Positions 1 through 11,722 of a stretch of DNA of 64,000 bases are shown one piece after another. Each line of letters starts with the position of its first letter. The first letter of the stretch is position 1. The notes beneath the pieces are model-generated. The model had not been told where the DNA came from and made no database searches. It saw only the letters and a list, made by a program, of their open reading frames with translations. A program made the position numbers and the translations under genes. This DNA is from an uncultured Enterobacteriaceae bacterium (GTDB lineage Bacteria; Pseudomonadota; Gammaproteobacteria; Burkholderiales; SG8-39): positions 8,914-72,913 of the forward strand of contig CAZNVH010000087.1 in the NCBI GenBank assembly GCA_964576525.1, written 5' to 3'.

Positions 1-376
1 GGTCGCCGACGATCATCAGGCAGCCCAGGCGGTCGGCATCCCGCTCAAGCACATCTGGGCGATCGTCTGGGCGGTTGCCGGATTCGTGGCGCTGGTGGCG
101 GGGCTGCTGTGGGGTTCGCGCAACGGCGTGCAGTTCGCGCTGACCTTCATCGCGCTCAAAGCGCTCCCGGTGCTCCTGATCGGCGGCTTCGAATCGGTGC
201 TCGGCGCGATCATCGGCGGGCTGATCATCGGTGCCACCGAAAAGCTGGCCGAGGTCTATTTCGGCCCCATGGTCGGCGGCGGCATCGAGTCCTGGTTCGC
301 CTACGTGGTGGCGCTGCTGTTCCTGCTGGTGAGGCCGCAGGGCCTGTTCGGCGAAAAATTCATCGACAGGGTATAG
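1..376 (+). CDS. Branched-chain amino acid (HAAT family) ABC transporter permease, LivH/BraD-like. C-terminal fragment; the 5' end lies outside the window.
   Basis: The frame is open from the window edge. The translation ...GIPLKHIWAIVWAVAGFVALVAGLLWG...GGLIIGATEKLAEVYFGP...LLVRPQGLFGEKFIDRV is hydrophobic and ends like LivH-type permeases. TAG stop at 374-376. Confidence 0.8.
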   Translation, partial: VADDHQAAQAVGIPLKHIWAIVWAVAGFVALVAGLLWGSRNGVQFALTFIALKALPVLLIGGFESVLGAIIGGLIIGATEKLAEVYFGPMVGGGIESWFAYVVALLFLLVRPQGLFGEKFIDRV

Positions 377-378
377 CC

Positions 379-1455
379 GTGCTCTACAGGGAAGCGGGCC
401 AGTTCAAGTCCACCTACGCGGAAGACCAGCAGATCTTCCCCATCCGGCAGGACCGGCTCGCCATGGGCGCGCTCCTGGCGGTGGCGTTCATCGTCATTCC
501 GCTGACCGCGAACCCGTACTGGTTATCGGCGATCCTGACCCCGCTGCTGATCTTCGCGCTGGCGGCGCTCGGCCTGAACCTCCTCACCGGCTATGCCGGT
601 CAGCTGTCGCTCGGCACCGCCGCGTTCATGGCGGTGGGCGCGTTCATGACCTACAACTTCATGCTGCGCGCACCCTGGCTCGGCGTCATCCCGAGCTTCA
701 TCCTCGCCGGACTGTGCGCCGCCGCGGTGGGGGTCGCGTTCGGCCTGCCGAGCCTGCGCATCAAGGGCTTCTACCTCGCGGTGGCGACGCTCGCCTGCCA
801 GTTCTTCGTGCTCTGGGCGCTGCAGCGCGTCGGCTGGTTTATGAACTACAGCCCGTCCGGCGTCATCACCGCGCAGAAGATGGTGATCCTCGGCTACGCC
901 TTCGAGTCCCCGGAGTCCAAGTATCTGCTGACGCTCGCGGTGGTCACGGTGATGGCCTTGCTCGCCAAGAACCTGATGCGCAGCGAAACCGGGCGCGCTT
1001 TCATGGCGGTGCGCGACATGGACGTTGCGGCGAGCGTCATCGGCATCCCGATGATGAAAACGAAGCTGCTCGCCTTTGCGATCAGCTCGTTCTATTGCGG
1101 CGTGGCCGGGGCGATGTACACGTTCTGCTATCTCGGCACCGTGGAGCCCGAGGCCTTCAACCTCGACCTGTCGTTCCGGGTGCTGTTCATGATCATCATC
1201 GGCGGCGTGGGCTCGATCCTCGGTTCGTTCATCGGCGCGGCATTCATCACCCTGCTGCCGATTCTTCTGAGCGTCCTGTTCGGCGGCGTCTCCCACCTGC
1301 TCGGGGTCGAGATCCCGCATGCGGTGCTGTCGAACCTGGAACTGATCATCTTCGGGTCGCTGATCGTGTTTTTCCTGATCGTCGAGCCGCACGGGCTGGC
1401 CCGCCTGTGGCAGATCGCCAAGGAAAAGCTGCGTCTGTGGCCGTTTCCTCACTAG
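379..1455 (+). CDS. HAAT family ABC transporter permease, LivM/BraE-like
   Basis: GTG at 379 lies 2 nt after the upstream stop. Translation VLYREAGQFKSTYAEDQQIFP...LNLLTGYAGQLSLGTAAFMAVGAF... is a multi-TM LivM-type protein. The 90 codons upstream in the track ORF (109..) overlap the LivH-like gene and look spurious. Confidence 0.8.
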   Translation: MLYREAGQFKSTYAEDQQIFPIRQDRLAMGALLAVAFIVIPLTANPYWLSAILTPLLIFALAALGLNLLTGYAGQLSLGTAAFMAVGAFMTYNFMLRAPWLGVIPSFILAGLCAAAVGVAFGLPSLRIKGFYLAVATLACQFFVLWALQRVGWFMNYSPSGVITAQKMVILGYAFESPESKYLLTLAVVTVMALLAKNLMRSETGRAFMAVRDMDVAASVIGIPMMKTKLLAFAISSFYCGVAGAMYTFCYLGTVEPEAFNLDLSFRVLFMIIIGGVGSILGSFIGAAFITLLPILLSVLFGGVSHLLGVEIPHAVLSNLELIIFGSLIVFFLIVEPHGLARLWQIAKEKLRLWPFPH

Positions 1456-1510
1456 ACAGAGGGAATGAAATGGCTATACTGAATGTTCGTATCGAGGAGG
1501 AGGAAACCCC

Positions 1511-2833
1511 ATGAAAACCAAAGTCATTGCGGCGTCCATGCTTGCCGCGGCCGGATTCGCCGGCACGGCTGCTGCACAGGTCAAGGAGCAGTTCGTCCCC
1601 GCCAGTTTCTACTGGGTCGGCCCGTATGCGCCGGGCGGCTCGGGCATTGCCGGCGGCATGCTCGACTACTTCAAGATGCTCAACGCCCGCGACGGCGGCA
1701 TCAACGGCGTCAAGCTGACCTGGGAGAAGTGCGAGACGGAATATAACAACGCGCGCGGCGTGGAGTGCTATGAGCGCCTGAAGAAAAAGGGCCCGACCGG
1801 CGCGACCCTGATCCATCCTCTTTCGACCGGCATTACCTACTCGCTGATCGAAAAGGGCACTGCGGACAAGATTCCAATCGTGTCGGTCGGCTACGGCAGG
1901 ACCGACGCCGCCGACGGCCGCGTGTTTCCCTATATCTTCCCGATCATCACCACCTACTGGTCGCAGAACACCGCCAAGATCAAGTTCATGGGCCAGAAAA
2001 TGGGCGGCATGGACAAGCTGTAGGGCGCGAAGATCGTGAACCTGTATCACGGCTCCGCCTACGGCAGGGAAACCATCCCGGTGCTCGACGCGCAGGCCAA
2101 GATCTTCGGCTTCCAGGTCACGCACATCGAGGTCTCCCACCCCGGCAACGAGCAGCAGGCGCAATGGCTGCAGATCCGGCAGGTCCAGCCCGACTGGGTG
2201 ATCCTGCGCGGCTGGGGGGTGATGAACCCGACGGCGCTCAAAGCCGCGCAGCGCGCGGGTTTTCCGCGCGAGAAGATCGTCGGCGTGTGGTGGTCGGGCG
2301 CCGAGGAGGACGTGATCCCGGCGGGCGACGCGGCCAAAGGCTACATCGCCGCCGGCTTCAACGTTTCCGGCTCGAACTACCCGGTGATCCAGGAGATCCA
2401 GAAGCATGTCTACGCCAAGGGCCAGGGCGAGATGGAGGACAAATCGCGCGTCGGCTCGATCTACTACAACCGCGGCGTGGTGTTTGCGATGATCACCACG
2501 GAAGCCGTGCGCAAGGCGCAGGAACGGTACGGCAAGGGCCAGCCGATGACCGGCGAGCAGGTGCGCTGGGGTCTGGAGAATCTGGACATGGACGATGCCT
2601 ATCTGAAGAAGCTTGGCGCCACCGGATTCATGCAGAAACTCAAGATGTCCTGCGCCGACCACGAGGGCGGCGGCCAGGTCAAGTTCCAGCAATGGGACGG
2701 CAGGCAGTGGAAGGTGATCAGCGACTGGATTTCGTCCGACCAGAGGCTGGTGCGGCCGATGATCGAGGCCTCCGCCGCGCAGTACGCGAAGGAAAAGGGC
2801 ATCACCCCGCGCGACTGCTCGAAGGAAAAATAG
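1511..2833 (+). pseudogene. Periplasmic substrate-binding protein (Leu/Ile/Val-binding, type I PBP family) interrupted by one in-frame TAG at 2021-2023
   Basis: ORFs 1511-2023 and 2036-2833 are in the same frame. The N-terminal signal peptide is MKTKVIAASMLAAAGFAGTAAAQ. The read-through sequence ...MGGMDKL*GAKIVNLYHGSAYGRETIP... is continuous with the usual PBP layout. An SD-like gaggaggagg lies upstream of 1511. Confidence 0.7.
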
Positions 2834-2850
2834 CCTGGACCAGGCGCAAC

Positions 2851-2878
2851 AAACGGCCGCCTTCGGGCGGCCGTTTTC
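2851..2878 (+). terminator. Rho-independent-type hairpin between the binding-protein gene and the ATPase gene (probable intra-operon attenuating terminator)
   Basis: aaacggccgcc-ttcg-ggcggccgttt forms a perfect 11-bp stem with a 4-nt loop, followed by a short T run. It lies 18 nt after the TAG at 2831-2833 and 7 nt before the ATG at 2885. Confidence 0.55.
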
Positions 2879-2884
2879 ACGTCC

Positions 2885-3694
2885 ATGACCGCTACCGCCG
2901 CCTACCTCTCCGTCAGCAACGTCGAGGTCATCTACGACCACGTCATCCTGGTGCTGAAGGGCGTGTCGCTGCAGGTGCGTGAAGGCCAGATCGTGGCGCT
3001 GCTCGGCGCCAACGGCGCCGGCAAGTCCACCACGCTCAAGGCGATCTCCAACCTGTTGCGCGCCGAGCGCGGCGACGTGACCAAGGGCCACATCGAGTTT
3101 CGCGGCCAACGCATCGACAAGCTCAACCCGGCCGAGCTGGTGAAGCGCGGCATCTGCCAGGTGATGGAAGGCCGCCATTGCTTCCAGCACCTCACGGTGG
3201 AGGAGAACCTGCTCACCGGCGCCTACACCCGCGGCGCCTTCGGCTCGGGCATACGCGAGGACCTGGAAAAGGTCTACGGCTACTTTCCGCGGCTCAAGGA
3301 GCGCCGCGGCGCCCAGTCGGGATACACCTCGGGCGGCGAGCAGCAGATGACCGCCATCGGCCGCGCGCTGATGGCGCGGCCCAAGATGATCCTGCTCGAC
3401 GAGCCCTCGATGGGCCTCGCGCCGCAGCTGGTCGAGGAGATCTTCGAGATCGTGAAGGAGCTGAACCGCAAGGAGCGCGTCAGCATCCTGGTCGCCGAGC
3501 AGAACACCAACATCGCGCTGCGCTACGCGGACTACGGCTACATCCTGGAGAACGGCCGGGTGGTGATGAACGGCGAGGGCAGCTCGCTCGCCGAGAACGA
3601 GGACGTGAAGGAGTTCTACCTCGGCTTCTCCTCGGGCGGGCGCAAGAGCTTCCGCGACGTGAAGTCGTATCGCCGCCGGAAGCGCTGGCTTTGA
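2885..3694 (+). CDS. HAAT family ABC transporter ATP-binding protein, LivF/BraG-like
   Basis: Walker A GANGAGKST, signature YTSGGEQQM, Walker B ILLDEPSMGLAP. Basic C-terminal tail ...GRKSFRDVKSYRRRKRWL. Confidence 0.85.
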   Translation: MTATAAYLSVSNVEVIYDHVILVLKGVSLQVREGQIVALLGANGAGKSTTLKAISNLLRAERGDVTKGHIEFRGQRIDKLNPAELVKRGICQVMEGRHCFQHLTVEENLLTGAYTRGAFGSGIREDLEKVYGYFPRLKERRGAQSGYTSGGEQQMTAIGRALMARPKMILLDEPSMGLAPQLVEEIFEIVKELNRKERVSILVAEQNTNIALRYADYGYILENGRVVMNGEGSSLAENEDVKEFYLGFSSGGRKSFRDVKSYRRRKRWL

Positions 3695-4944
3695 AAAAGG
3701 AATTCTTCGACAAGCTCGAGGCCCGGCCGGCCAGGAAGCGCGAGGCCGCGCTCATGGCCGAGCTGCCGAAGCTGGTGGCGCACGCCAAGCGCCGCGCTCC
3801 GGGTTTCGCCCGTATCCTCGCCGACGTAGATCCTTCGAAAATAAGAAGTAGAAAAGCCTTCGCAACGCTGCCCGTCACCCGGAAAAGCGATCTCGCCACC
3901 CTGCAGAAAGAGCTGCCGCCGTTCGGCGGCCTGAACGCGACGCCGGTCGAGAAGCTCGCCAAGATCTTCGTCTCGCCCGGCCCGATCTACGACCCCGAGG
4001 GGCGCGGGAAGAACTGGTGGCGCACCGCGCGCGGACTGTTCGCCGGCGGCTTCCGCGCCGGCGACCGGGTGCTCAACAGCTTCGCCTACCACTTCACCCC
4101 GGCGGGCTCGATGCTCGAGTCGGGTGCCGCCGCCCTCGGCTGCACCGTGGTGCCGAGCGGCGTCGGGCAGACCGAGATGCAGGTGGCGGCGATCCGCGAC
4201 TTGCGCCTCAACGCCTTCGTCGGCACGCCGTCGTTCCTCAAGCTGATCGTCGAGAAGGCCGACGAGCTGAAGGCCGACATCTCGAGCCTGAAGAAGGCCC
4301 AGGTCGGCGCCGAATACCTGCCGCCCGCGCTGAGGAAGAGCCTGCACGAGCGCGGCATCGCGGTGTCGCAGTGCTACGCCAGCGCCGACCTCGGCCTGAT
4401 CGCCTACGAGTCGCTGCGCCCGGACGGCACGCCCCACGAGGGGATGATCCTCGACGAGGGGCTGATCCTCGAGATCGTGCGGCCCGGTACCGGCGACCCG
4501 GTCGCGCCGGGCGAAGTGGGCGAGGTCGTGGTGACGCTGCTGAACAAGGATTACCCGCTGATCCGCTTCGCCACCGGCGACCTGTCAGCGGTGCTTGCGG
4601 GCGCGAGCCCCTGCGGCCGCACCAACGTGCGCATCAAGGGCTGGATGGGCCGCGCCGATCAGAGCACCAAGGTGCGCGCCATGTTCGTCACGCCGCGCCA
4701 GGTGAGCGACATCGTGCGCCGCCATCCCGAGATCGCGCGCGCGCGCCTCGTGGTCGAGGGCGAGGCGGGCAACGACGGCATGACGCTGAAGTGCGAGGTG
4801 AAAGAGCGCCCGTCCGGCCTCGCCGACGCGATCGTCGCCTCGATCCGCGAAGTCACCAAGCTGCGCGGCGAGGTCGAGTTGGTGGCGCCGGGCAGCCTGC
4901 CAAACGACGGCAAGGTCATCGAGGACTTGCGCAAGTACGGCTAG
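3691..4944 (+). CDS. Phenylacetate-CoA ligase-like (PaaK family) adenylate-forming enzyme
   Basis: The TTG at 3691 overlaps the upstream TGA (TTGA). Translation LKKEFFDKLEARP...LPVTRKSDL...GDRVLNSFAYHFTPAGSM...GTPSFL...GEVVVT...PLIRFATGDL...GRADQSTKVRAMFV is typical of PaaK-like ligases. The first 170 codons of track ORF 3178.. overlap the ATPase gene and were rejected. Confidence 0.7.
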   Translation: MKKEFFDKLEARPARKREAALMAELPKLVAHAKRRAPGFARILADVDPSKIRSRKAFATLPVTRKSDLATLQKELPPFGGLNATPVEKLAKIFVSPGPIYDPEGRGKNWWRTARGLFAGGFRAGDRVLNSFAYHFTPAGSMLESGAAALGCTVVPSGVGQTEMQVAAIRDLRLNAFVGTPSFLKLIVEKADELKADISSLKKAQVGAEYLPPALRKSLHERGIAVSQCYASADLGLIAYESLRPDGTPHEGMILDEGLILEIVRPGTGDPVAPGEVGEVVVTLLNKDYPLIRFATGDLSAVLAGASPCGRTNVRIKGWMGRADQSTKVRAMFVTPRQVSDIVRRHPEIARARLVVEGEAGNDGMTLKCEVKERPSGLADAIVASIREVTKLRGEVELVAPGSLPNDGKVIEDLRKYG

Positions 4945-5570
4945 CTCTTGCGCGCGGCGCCGACCGGCAGGCGGTCGACGCGCCGCATCTCGTCGTTGTG
5001 CAGCACGCCCTCGTCCTTGAGGAAGGCCTTGAGGAAGTCGAGCGCGTCGGCGCCCCAGAAGACTTCGCCGTCGATGACGAAGCTCGGCACGCCGAACACG
5101 CCACGGCTGGCGGCCTCCGATGTGGCGGTGCGCAGAGGGTCTTTGGCCATCGCGATCTGATCGGTGCTGACGTTGAACTCGGCACACAGGGCGTCGAAGC
5201 GCCGCTCGTGCACCGCGTCGTCGCCGGTGGTCCAGAGCAGCTCGAAGGTGCGGCGCACCACGCGCTCGGTCGAGCCGGCGGCGATGGCGAGACGCAGGTA
5301 GGGCAGCGGGTTGAACGGGTGCGAGGCGGGGAAGCGGAACGTAATGCCGAGCTCGCGCGCCCACCAGGTGCACCAGCGGTAGGTCCATTTGCGCTTCGCC
5401 GGGATCTCGGCCGGGCCTTTCTGCCCCCAGTGCTGCAGCAGCCCCGCGAACAGAATGGGCTTGAAATTGACCGGCGCCCCGAGCTGGTCGAGCCGATGCA
5501 GGCAAATGTACGAGTAGGGCGATACGAAATCGAAGTACCAATCTATGCTAGCGGGCGAGGAGGTGGCCAT
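4941..5570 (-). CDS. 2-hydroxychromene-2-carboxylate isomerase family protein (DsbA-fold, no CxxC)
   Basis: IDWYFDFVSPYSY...GVFGVPSFVIDGEVFWGADALDFL matches the HCCA-isomerase/DsbA-like family pattern. The start was chosen at ATG 5570 (MATSSPAS). ATG 5582 is an alternative. Confidence 0.7.
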   Translation of the reverse strand: MATSSPASIDWYFDFVSPYSYICLHRLDQLGAPVNFKPILFAGLLQHWGQKGPAEIPAKRKWTYRWCTWWARELGITFRFPASHPFNPLPYLRLAIAAGSTERVVRRTFELLWTTGDDAVHERRFDALCAEFNVSTDQIAMAKDPLRTATSEAASRGVFGVPSFVIDGEVFWGADALDFLKAFLKDEGVLHNDEMRRVDRLPVGAARKS

Positions 5571-6372
5571 GGCCGTGCGCATCGAGAAGAAGGGGAAAGT
5601 ATGGACCGTGATTCACTCGCGTGCGCAGGCGCGCAACGCGATGGATCCGGAGAGCGCCGAGGCGCTGGTCGCAGCCTTCGAGGCGTTCGACCGCGACCCG
5701 GACGCGGCGGCGGCGGTGCTGTGGGGCGAGGGCGGGGCGTTCTGCGCCGGGTGGGACCTGAAGTACGGCGCCTCGTTGATGAAGGATCCCACGCCGATCC
5801 ATGAGCTGGATTTTCCTTTGAATGAATCCAAGAAGATTCCTCGGGGACCGCTTGGGCCGACGCGGCTGGAGCTCGACAAGCCGGTGATCGCCGCGGTCGC
5901 CGGCCCGGCGGTGGCGGGCGGCTTCGAGCTCGCGCTGTGGTGCGACGTGCGCGTGATGGAGGAATCGGCGTACTTCGGCGTCTACTGCCGCCGCTGGGGC
6001 GTGCCGCTCATCGACGGCGGCACGGTGCGCCTGCCGCGCATCGTCGGCATGGGCCGGGCGCTCGAGATCATTCTCACCGGCCGCAAGGTGCCGGCCGACG
6101 AGGCGCTGCGCATCGGCGCCTGCGAGCACGTGGTGCCCGACGGAAAATCGCGGGAGTTTGCCGAGGCGATGGCGCACGAGATCGCGCGCTTCCCGCAGGC
6201 CTGCATGCGCGCCGACCGGCGCTCGGCCTACGCCCAGCAAGGCCTGAGCCAGCGCGAGGCGATGCGCAAGGAGTGGACCAACGGGATCCCCGCGTTCAAG
6301 GCCGAAGGCGCGGCGGGCGCGGCGCGCTTCGCCTCAGGCAAGGGGCGGCACGGCAACTTCCGGGACATCTAG
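5569..6372 (+). CDS. Enoyl-CoA hydratase/isomerase (crotonase) family protein
   Basis: MAVRIEKKGKVWTVIHSRAQARNAMD...GEGGAFCAGWDLK...AAVAGPAVAGGFELALWCD shows the crotonase fold signature. A strong SD GAGGAGG lies 5 nt upstream of ATG 5569. Confidence 0.8.
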   Translation: MAVRIEKKGKVWTVIHSRAQARNAMDPESAEALVAAFEAFDRDPDAAAAVLWGEGGAFCAGWDLKYGASLMKDPTPIHELDFPLNESKKIPRGPLGPTRLELDKPVIAAVAGPAVAGGFELALWCDVRVMEESAYFGVYCRRWGVPLIDGGTVRLPRIVGMGRALEIILTGRKVPADEALRIGACEHVVPDGKSREFAEAMAHEIARFPQACMRADRRSAYAQQGLSQREAMRKEWTNGIPAFKAEGAAGAARFASGKGRHGNFRDI

Positions 6373-6528
6373 CCGTTTACGCCGTTCTGGCAGTTTTTTG
6401 AGTACTTGAAACTGCTCTTCTTTGCTCATGCCGCCCCAGCGCGCGATCTCGTCGAGGCTGCGGCAGCAGCCGATGCACACGCCGCGCTGCGAGTCCATCT
6501 GGCAGACCTTGATGCACGGGGAGTTCAC
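6334..6528 (-). CDS. DUF1289 family small cysteine-rich protein
   Basis: [35 protein letters not shown] fits the DUF1289 pattern (C-x3-C...C-x2-CC). The GTG start overlaps the liuE stop (GTGA at 6525-6528). The rest of track ORF 6334-6990 overlaps liuE and was rejected. Confidence 0.55.
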   Translation of the reverse strand: MNSPCIKVCQMDSQRGVCIGCCRSLDEIARWGGMSKEEQFQVLKKLPERRKRLDVPEVAVPPLA

Positions 6529-7412
6529 TTGAAGGCCTTGTTCACCTTCGAGGAGGGCTCGCGGCCGAGCACGCCGCAGATCCAGCGCCCGATCTCGACC
6601 AGGCGCTTCAGGTCGACGCCGGTGCGCACGCCCAGGCCGTTCATCATGTACACCACGTCCTCGGTGGCGACGTTGCCCGAGGCGCCGGCGGCGTAGGGGC
6701 AGCCGCCGAGCCCGGCGACGGAAGCGTCGAAGGTGGCGACGCCCATCTCGAGCGAGGCGTAGATGTTGGCGAGCGCCTGGCCGTAGGTGTCGTGGTAGTG
6801 CCCGGCGAGCTTTCCGATCGGCACGCGGCGCGCGCAGGCCTCGATCATCGCCCTGGTCTTTCCGGGCGTGCCGGTGCCGATGGTGTCGCCGAGCGACACC
6901 TCGTAGCAGCCCATCTCGTGGAGCGCCGCGGCGACTTCGGCGACACGCTCGGGCTTGACCTCGCCCTCGTAGGGGCAGCCAAGCACGCACGAGACATACC
7001 CGCGCACTTTGACGTTGGCAGCTTTGGCGGCTTCCGTTACCGGTTTGAATCGCTCAAGAGACTCAGCGATGGAGCAGTTGATGTTCTTTTTCGAGAACGC
7101 TTCCGAAGCGGCGCCGAAGATCGCCACTTCGGCCGCCCCGGCGGCGCGCGCCGCCTCGAAGCCCTTGAGGTTCGGCGTGAGCACCGGGTAGGAAACGCCC
7201 GGCTTGCGGCGGATGCGCTTGAGCACTTCGGCGTGGTCGGCCATCTGCGGGATCCACTTCGGCGACACGAAGGCGGTCGCCTCGACCGCCGGCAGGCCGG
7301 CGTCGGCGAGCCGCTCGATCAGCTCGACCTTGACCGCGGTCGGCACCTCGCCGCGCTCGTTCTGCAGCCCGTCGCGCGGGCCGACTTCCACGATCCTGAC
7401 GAAATCACTCAA
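6525..7412 (-). CDS. liuE: Hydroxymethylglutaryl-CoA lyase
   Basis: [19 protein letters not shown]...[14 protein letters not shown]...[11 protein letters not shown]...[12 protein letters not shown]...GLGGCPYA are HMG-CoA lyase hallmarks. Confidence 0.9.
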   Translation of the reverse strand: MSDFVRIVEVGPRDGLQNERGEVPTAVKVELIERLADAGLPAVEATAFVSPKWIPQMADHAEVLKRIRRKPGVSYPVLTPNLKGFEAARAAGAAEVAIFGAASEAFSKKNINCSIAESLERFKPVTEAAKAANVKVRGYVSCVLGCPYEGEVKPERVAEVAAALHEMGCYEVSLGDTIGTGTPGKTRAMIEACARRVPIGKLAGHYHDTYGQALANIYASLEMGVATFDASVAGLGGCPYAAGASGNVATEDVVYMMNGLGVRTGVDLKRLVEIGRWICGVLGREPSSKVNKAFK

Positions 7413-9369
7413 GGGTAACGAGCTCCGCGCCTTCCAGGACCTGCTCGCCCGCGCCGTAATGCACTTCCTTCACCACGCCGTCGGCCGGCGCGGTGATGGT
7501 GTGCTCCATCTTCATCGCCTCCAGGATCAGCAGGGGATCGCCCTTGCTCACCTTGGCGCCCGCTTTGGTCATCACCTTGATGATTTTCCCCGGCATCGGG
7601 GCGGCGAGCGAGCCGGCGGCCTCGGCTTCGATGCCGGCGAGCTCCGGCCGCAGCGACAGGCGGCGGTAGTCGCCGCCGCAGAACACGTGCCAGTCATGGC
7701 CGTCGCGCACTGCGCGCGCCTTGAAGGCCTGGCCGTCGAGCCGCACCAGCAACTGGCCGTCCCCGAGGACCTCGCCGGCAAGCGCAAAGCTGCTGCCGTT
7801 CAGCTCGACGCGCAGGCCCTCTTGCAGGAAGCGCAGGCGCACCGCGTGGCTCGCCTCGCCCTCGAGAAAAACGAGGTCGTGGTGCGAGTCCTGGTTCAGC
7901 CGCCAGCCGTCGACGCGGTGCCAGGGCGAGTGCGGATCGCCGGAAGCCGCGGCGCGGTGGCGCGCGGCGCGCTCCTCCTCGGCGAGTTCGGCGAATGCCG
8001 CGGCGGCGAGCAACTCGCTGGTGGTCTTGTCCTGAAAAAACAGCTCGTCACGGTTGCGCTCGATGAGGCCGGTGTCGAGTTCGGCGGCGCCGAAGGCGCG
8101 GCTCGCCGCGAGGCGGCGCAGGAACGCGACGTTGGTCTTCACCCCGGCGATCTCCACCTCGGCGAGCGCCGCCCGCAGCCGCGCCAGCGCCGCGCCGCGG
8201 TCGGCGCCGTGCACCACCAGCTTGGCGATCATCGGGTCGTACCAGGGCGTGATCTCCGCGTCCGCCTCGATGCCCGTATCGATCCGGACAGAAGAACTCT
8301 CCTCTGGAAAACGCAAATGAACGATCCGTCCGGTCGCCGGCAGGAAATCGCGCGCCGGGTCCTCGGCGTAGATGCGCGCCTCGATGGCGTGGCCCTTGAA
8401 TGAAAGGTCCTTCTGCGCAAACGGCAGGGCCTCGCCCGCGGCGACGCGCAGCTGCAGCTCGACCAGGTCGAGCCCGGTGATCATCTCGGTTACCGGGTGC
8501 TCGACCTGCAGCCGGGTGTTCATCTCCATGAAGTAGAAATGCCCGTCCTGCTCGGCGATGAATTCCACCGTGCCGGCGCCGGTATAGGCGATGGCTTTGG
8601 CTGCGGCGACTGCCGCGGCGCCGATCTCATTTCTCTTGCCGGGAGAAAGGCCGGGGGCCGGCGCCTCTTCCAGGATCTTCTGGTGGCGGCGCTGCACCGA
8701 GCAGTCGCGCTCGAACAGGTGCACCACGTTCCCCTTAGTGTCGCCGAACACCTGGATCTCGATGTGCCTGGGACGCTCGAGGTAGCGCTCGAGCAGCACG
8801 CGGTCGTCACCGAACGAGGATTTCGCCTCCCGCCTGGAGGCTTCCAGGGCGTTCGCAAAGGAAGATTTCTCAGAAACAACCTTCATTCCTTTGCCCCCGC
8901 CACCGGCGGAGGGCTTGATGAGCACCGGGAAGCCGATGCGCGCCGCTTCCTTCTCGAGGAGCGCCGCGTCCTGCTTCTCGCCGTGGTAGCCCGGCACCAG
9001 CGGCACGCCCGCTTTCTCCATCAGGCGCTTGGCGGCGGCCTTGTCGCCCATCGCCGCGATCGCCGCGGGCGAAGGCCCGATGAACACGATGCCGGCCTTG
9101 GCGCAGGCGGCGGCGAAGTCCTCGTTCTCGGAGAGAAAGCCGTAGCCCGGGTGGATCGCCTCGGCACCGGCGGCGCGCGCCGCGGCGATCACCGCCTCGA
9201 TGTCGAGGTAGCTCTCGATGCGCCGCGCCTCGTCGGCGCTGCGCACGTGCAGCGCGCCGTTGTCGGCGTCGGTATGCACCGCGACGCAGCCGATGCCGAG
9301 CCGCCGGGCGGTACGCATCACGCGGCAGGCGATCTCGCCGCGGTTGGCGATCAGGATTTTGGCGAACAC
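7405..9369 (-). CDS. liuD: 3-methylcrotonyl-CoA carboxylase alpha subunit (biotin carboxylase plus biotinyl domain)
   Basis: [21 protein letters not shown]..., an ATP-grasp region, and a C-terminal biotinylation motif ILEAMKMEH. It lies between liuC and liuE. Confidence 0.9.
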   Translation of the reverse strand: MFAKILIANRGEIACRVMRTARRLGIGCVAVHTDADNGALHVRSADEARRIESYLDIEAVIAAARAAGAEAIHPGYGFLSENEDFAAACAKAGIVFIGPSPAAIAAMGDKAAAKRLMEKAGVPLVPGYHGEKQDAALLEKEAARIGFPVLIKPSAGGGGKGMKVVSEKSSFANALEASRREAKSSFGDDRVLLERYLERPRHIEIQVFGDTKGNVVHLFERDCSVQRRHQKILEEAPAPGLSPGKRNEIGAAAVAAAKAIAYTGAGTVEFIAEQDGHFYFMEMNTRLQVEHPVTEMITGLDLVELQLRVAAGEALPFAQKDLSFKGHAIEARIYAEDPARDFLPATGRIVHLRFPEESSSVRIDTGIEADAEITPWYDPMIAKLVVHGADRGAALARLRAALAEVEIAGVKTNVAFLRRLAASRAFGAAELDTGLIERNRDELFFQDKTTSELLAAAAFAELAEEERAARHRAAASGDPHSPWHRVDGWRLNQDSHHDLVFLEGEASHAVRLRFLQEGLRVELNGSSFALAGEVLGDGQLLVRLDGQAFKARAVRDGHDWHVFCGGDYRRLSLRPELAGIEAEAAGSLAAPMPGKIIKVMTKAGAKVSKGDPLLILEAMKMEHTITAPADGVVKEVHYGAGEQVLEGAELVTLE

Positions 9370-10133
9370 CAGGACGGCTTTCGTTTTTCGAGGAACGCGG
9401 CGATGCCTTCCCGGCCTTCGGGCGAGCCGCGGATCTCGGCGATGCGCTGCGCGGTCTCGGCTGCCAGCGCGTCGTCGGGCCGGCGCCCGGCAACCGCGCG
9501 GATCAGCTCCTTGGTCCTGGCGTGGGCCTCGGGACCACCGGCAAGCAGGTGCCTGATCAATTCTTCGATGCTCGCATCGAGCTCGCCTGCGGGAACCAAA
9601 GCGGAAAGCATGCCGATGCGGAAAGCTTCCGCAGCGTCGAACACCTCGGCCGTCAGGAAATAGCGCCGCGCGTTGCGCTCGCCCATGGCGCGGATCACGT
9701 AGGGGCTGATGGTCGCGGGCGACAGGCCGAGCTTCGCCTCCGACAGGCAGAACTTGGCCTCGGGCGTGCCGACCGCGATGTCGCAGGCGGCGACCAGCCC
9801 GGTGCCGCCGGCGAACACCGGGCCGTGCACCCGCGCGATGGTCGGCTTGGGCAGGCGGTCGAGCGCCGCCAGCATGTTGGCGAGCGCGCGCGCGTCGGCC
9901 AGGTTCTCCTCGCGGCCGTAGCCCGCCATGCGCTTCATCCAGTTCAGGTCCGCGCCGGCGCAGAACGCCGGGCCGTTGCCGGCAAGGACCATGACGCGGA
10001 CGCTCTCGTCTTTTGCGACGTCCTCGAACGCCCGCGCCAGTTTCCCTATGACTTCATCATCAAAAGCGTTCCTGAGCTCGGGACGGTTCAGGGTGACGCG
10101 GGCGATCCCACCTGCCTTCTTGACCTCGAGCAT
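9351..10133 (-). CDS. liuC: Methylglutaconyl-CoA hydratase (crotonase family)
   Basis: The start ATG at 10133 gives MLEVKKAGGIARVTLNRPELRNAFD...GNGPAFCAGADLNWM...VHGPVFAGGTGLVAACD. It is positioned between liuB and liuD. The N-terminal 105 codons of the track ORF overlap liuB and were rejected. Confidence 0.8.
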   Translation of the reverse strand: MLEVKKAGGIARVTLNRPELRNAFDDEVIGKLARAFEDVAKDESVRVMVLAGNGPAFCAGADLNWMKRMAGYGREENLADARALANMLAALDRLPKPTIARVHGPVFAGGTGLVAACDIAVGTPEAKFCLSEAKLGLSPATISPYVIRAMGERNARRYFLTAEVFDAAEAFRIGMLSALVPAGELDASIEELIRHLLAGGPEAHARTKELIRAVAGRRPDDALAAETAQRIAEIRGSPEGREGIAAFLEKRKPSWCSPKS

Positions 10134-10135
10134 GG

Positions 10136-11721
<1,586 letters not shown>

Positions 11722-11722
<1 letters not shown>

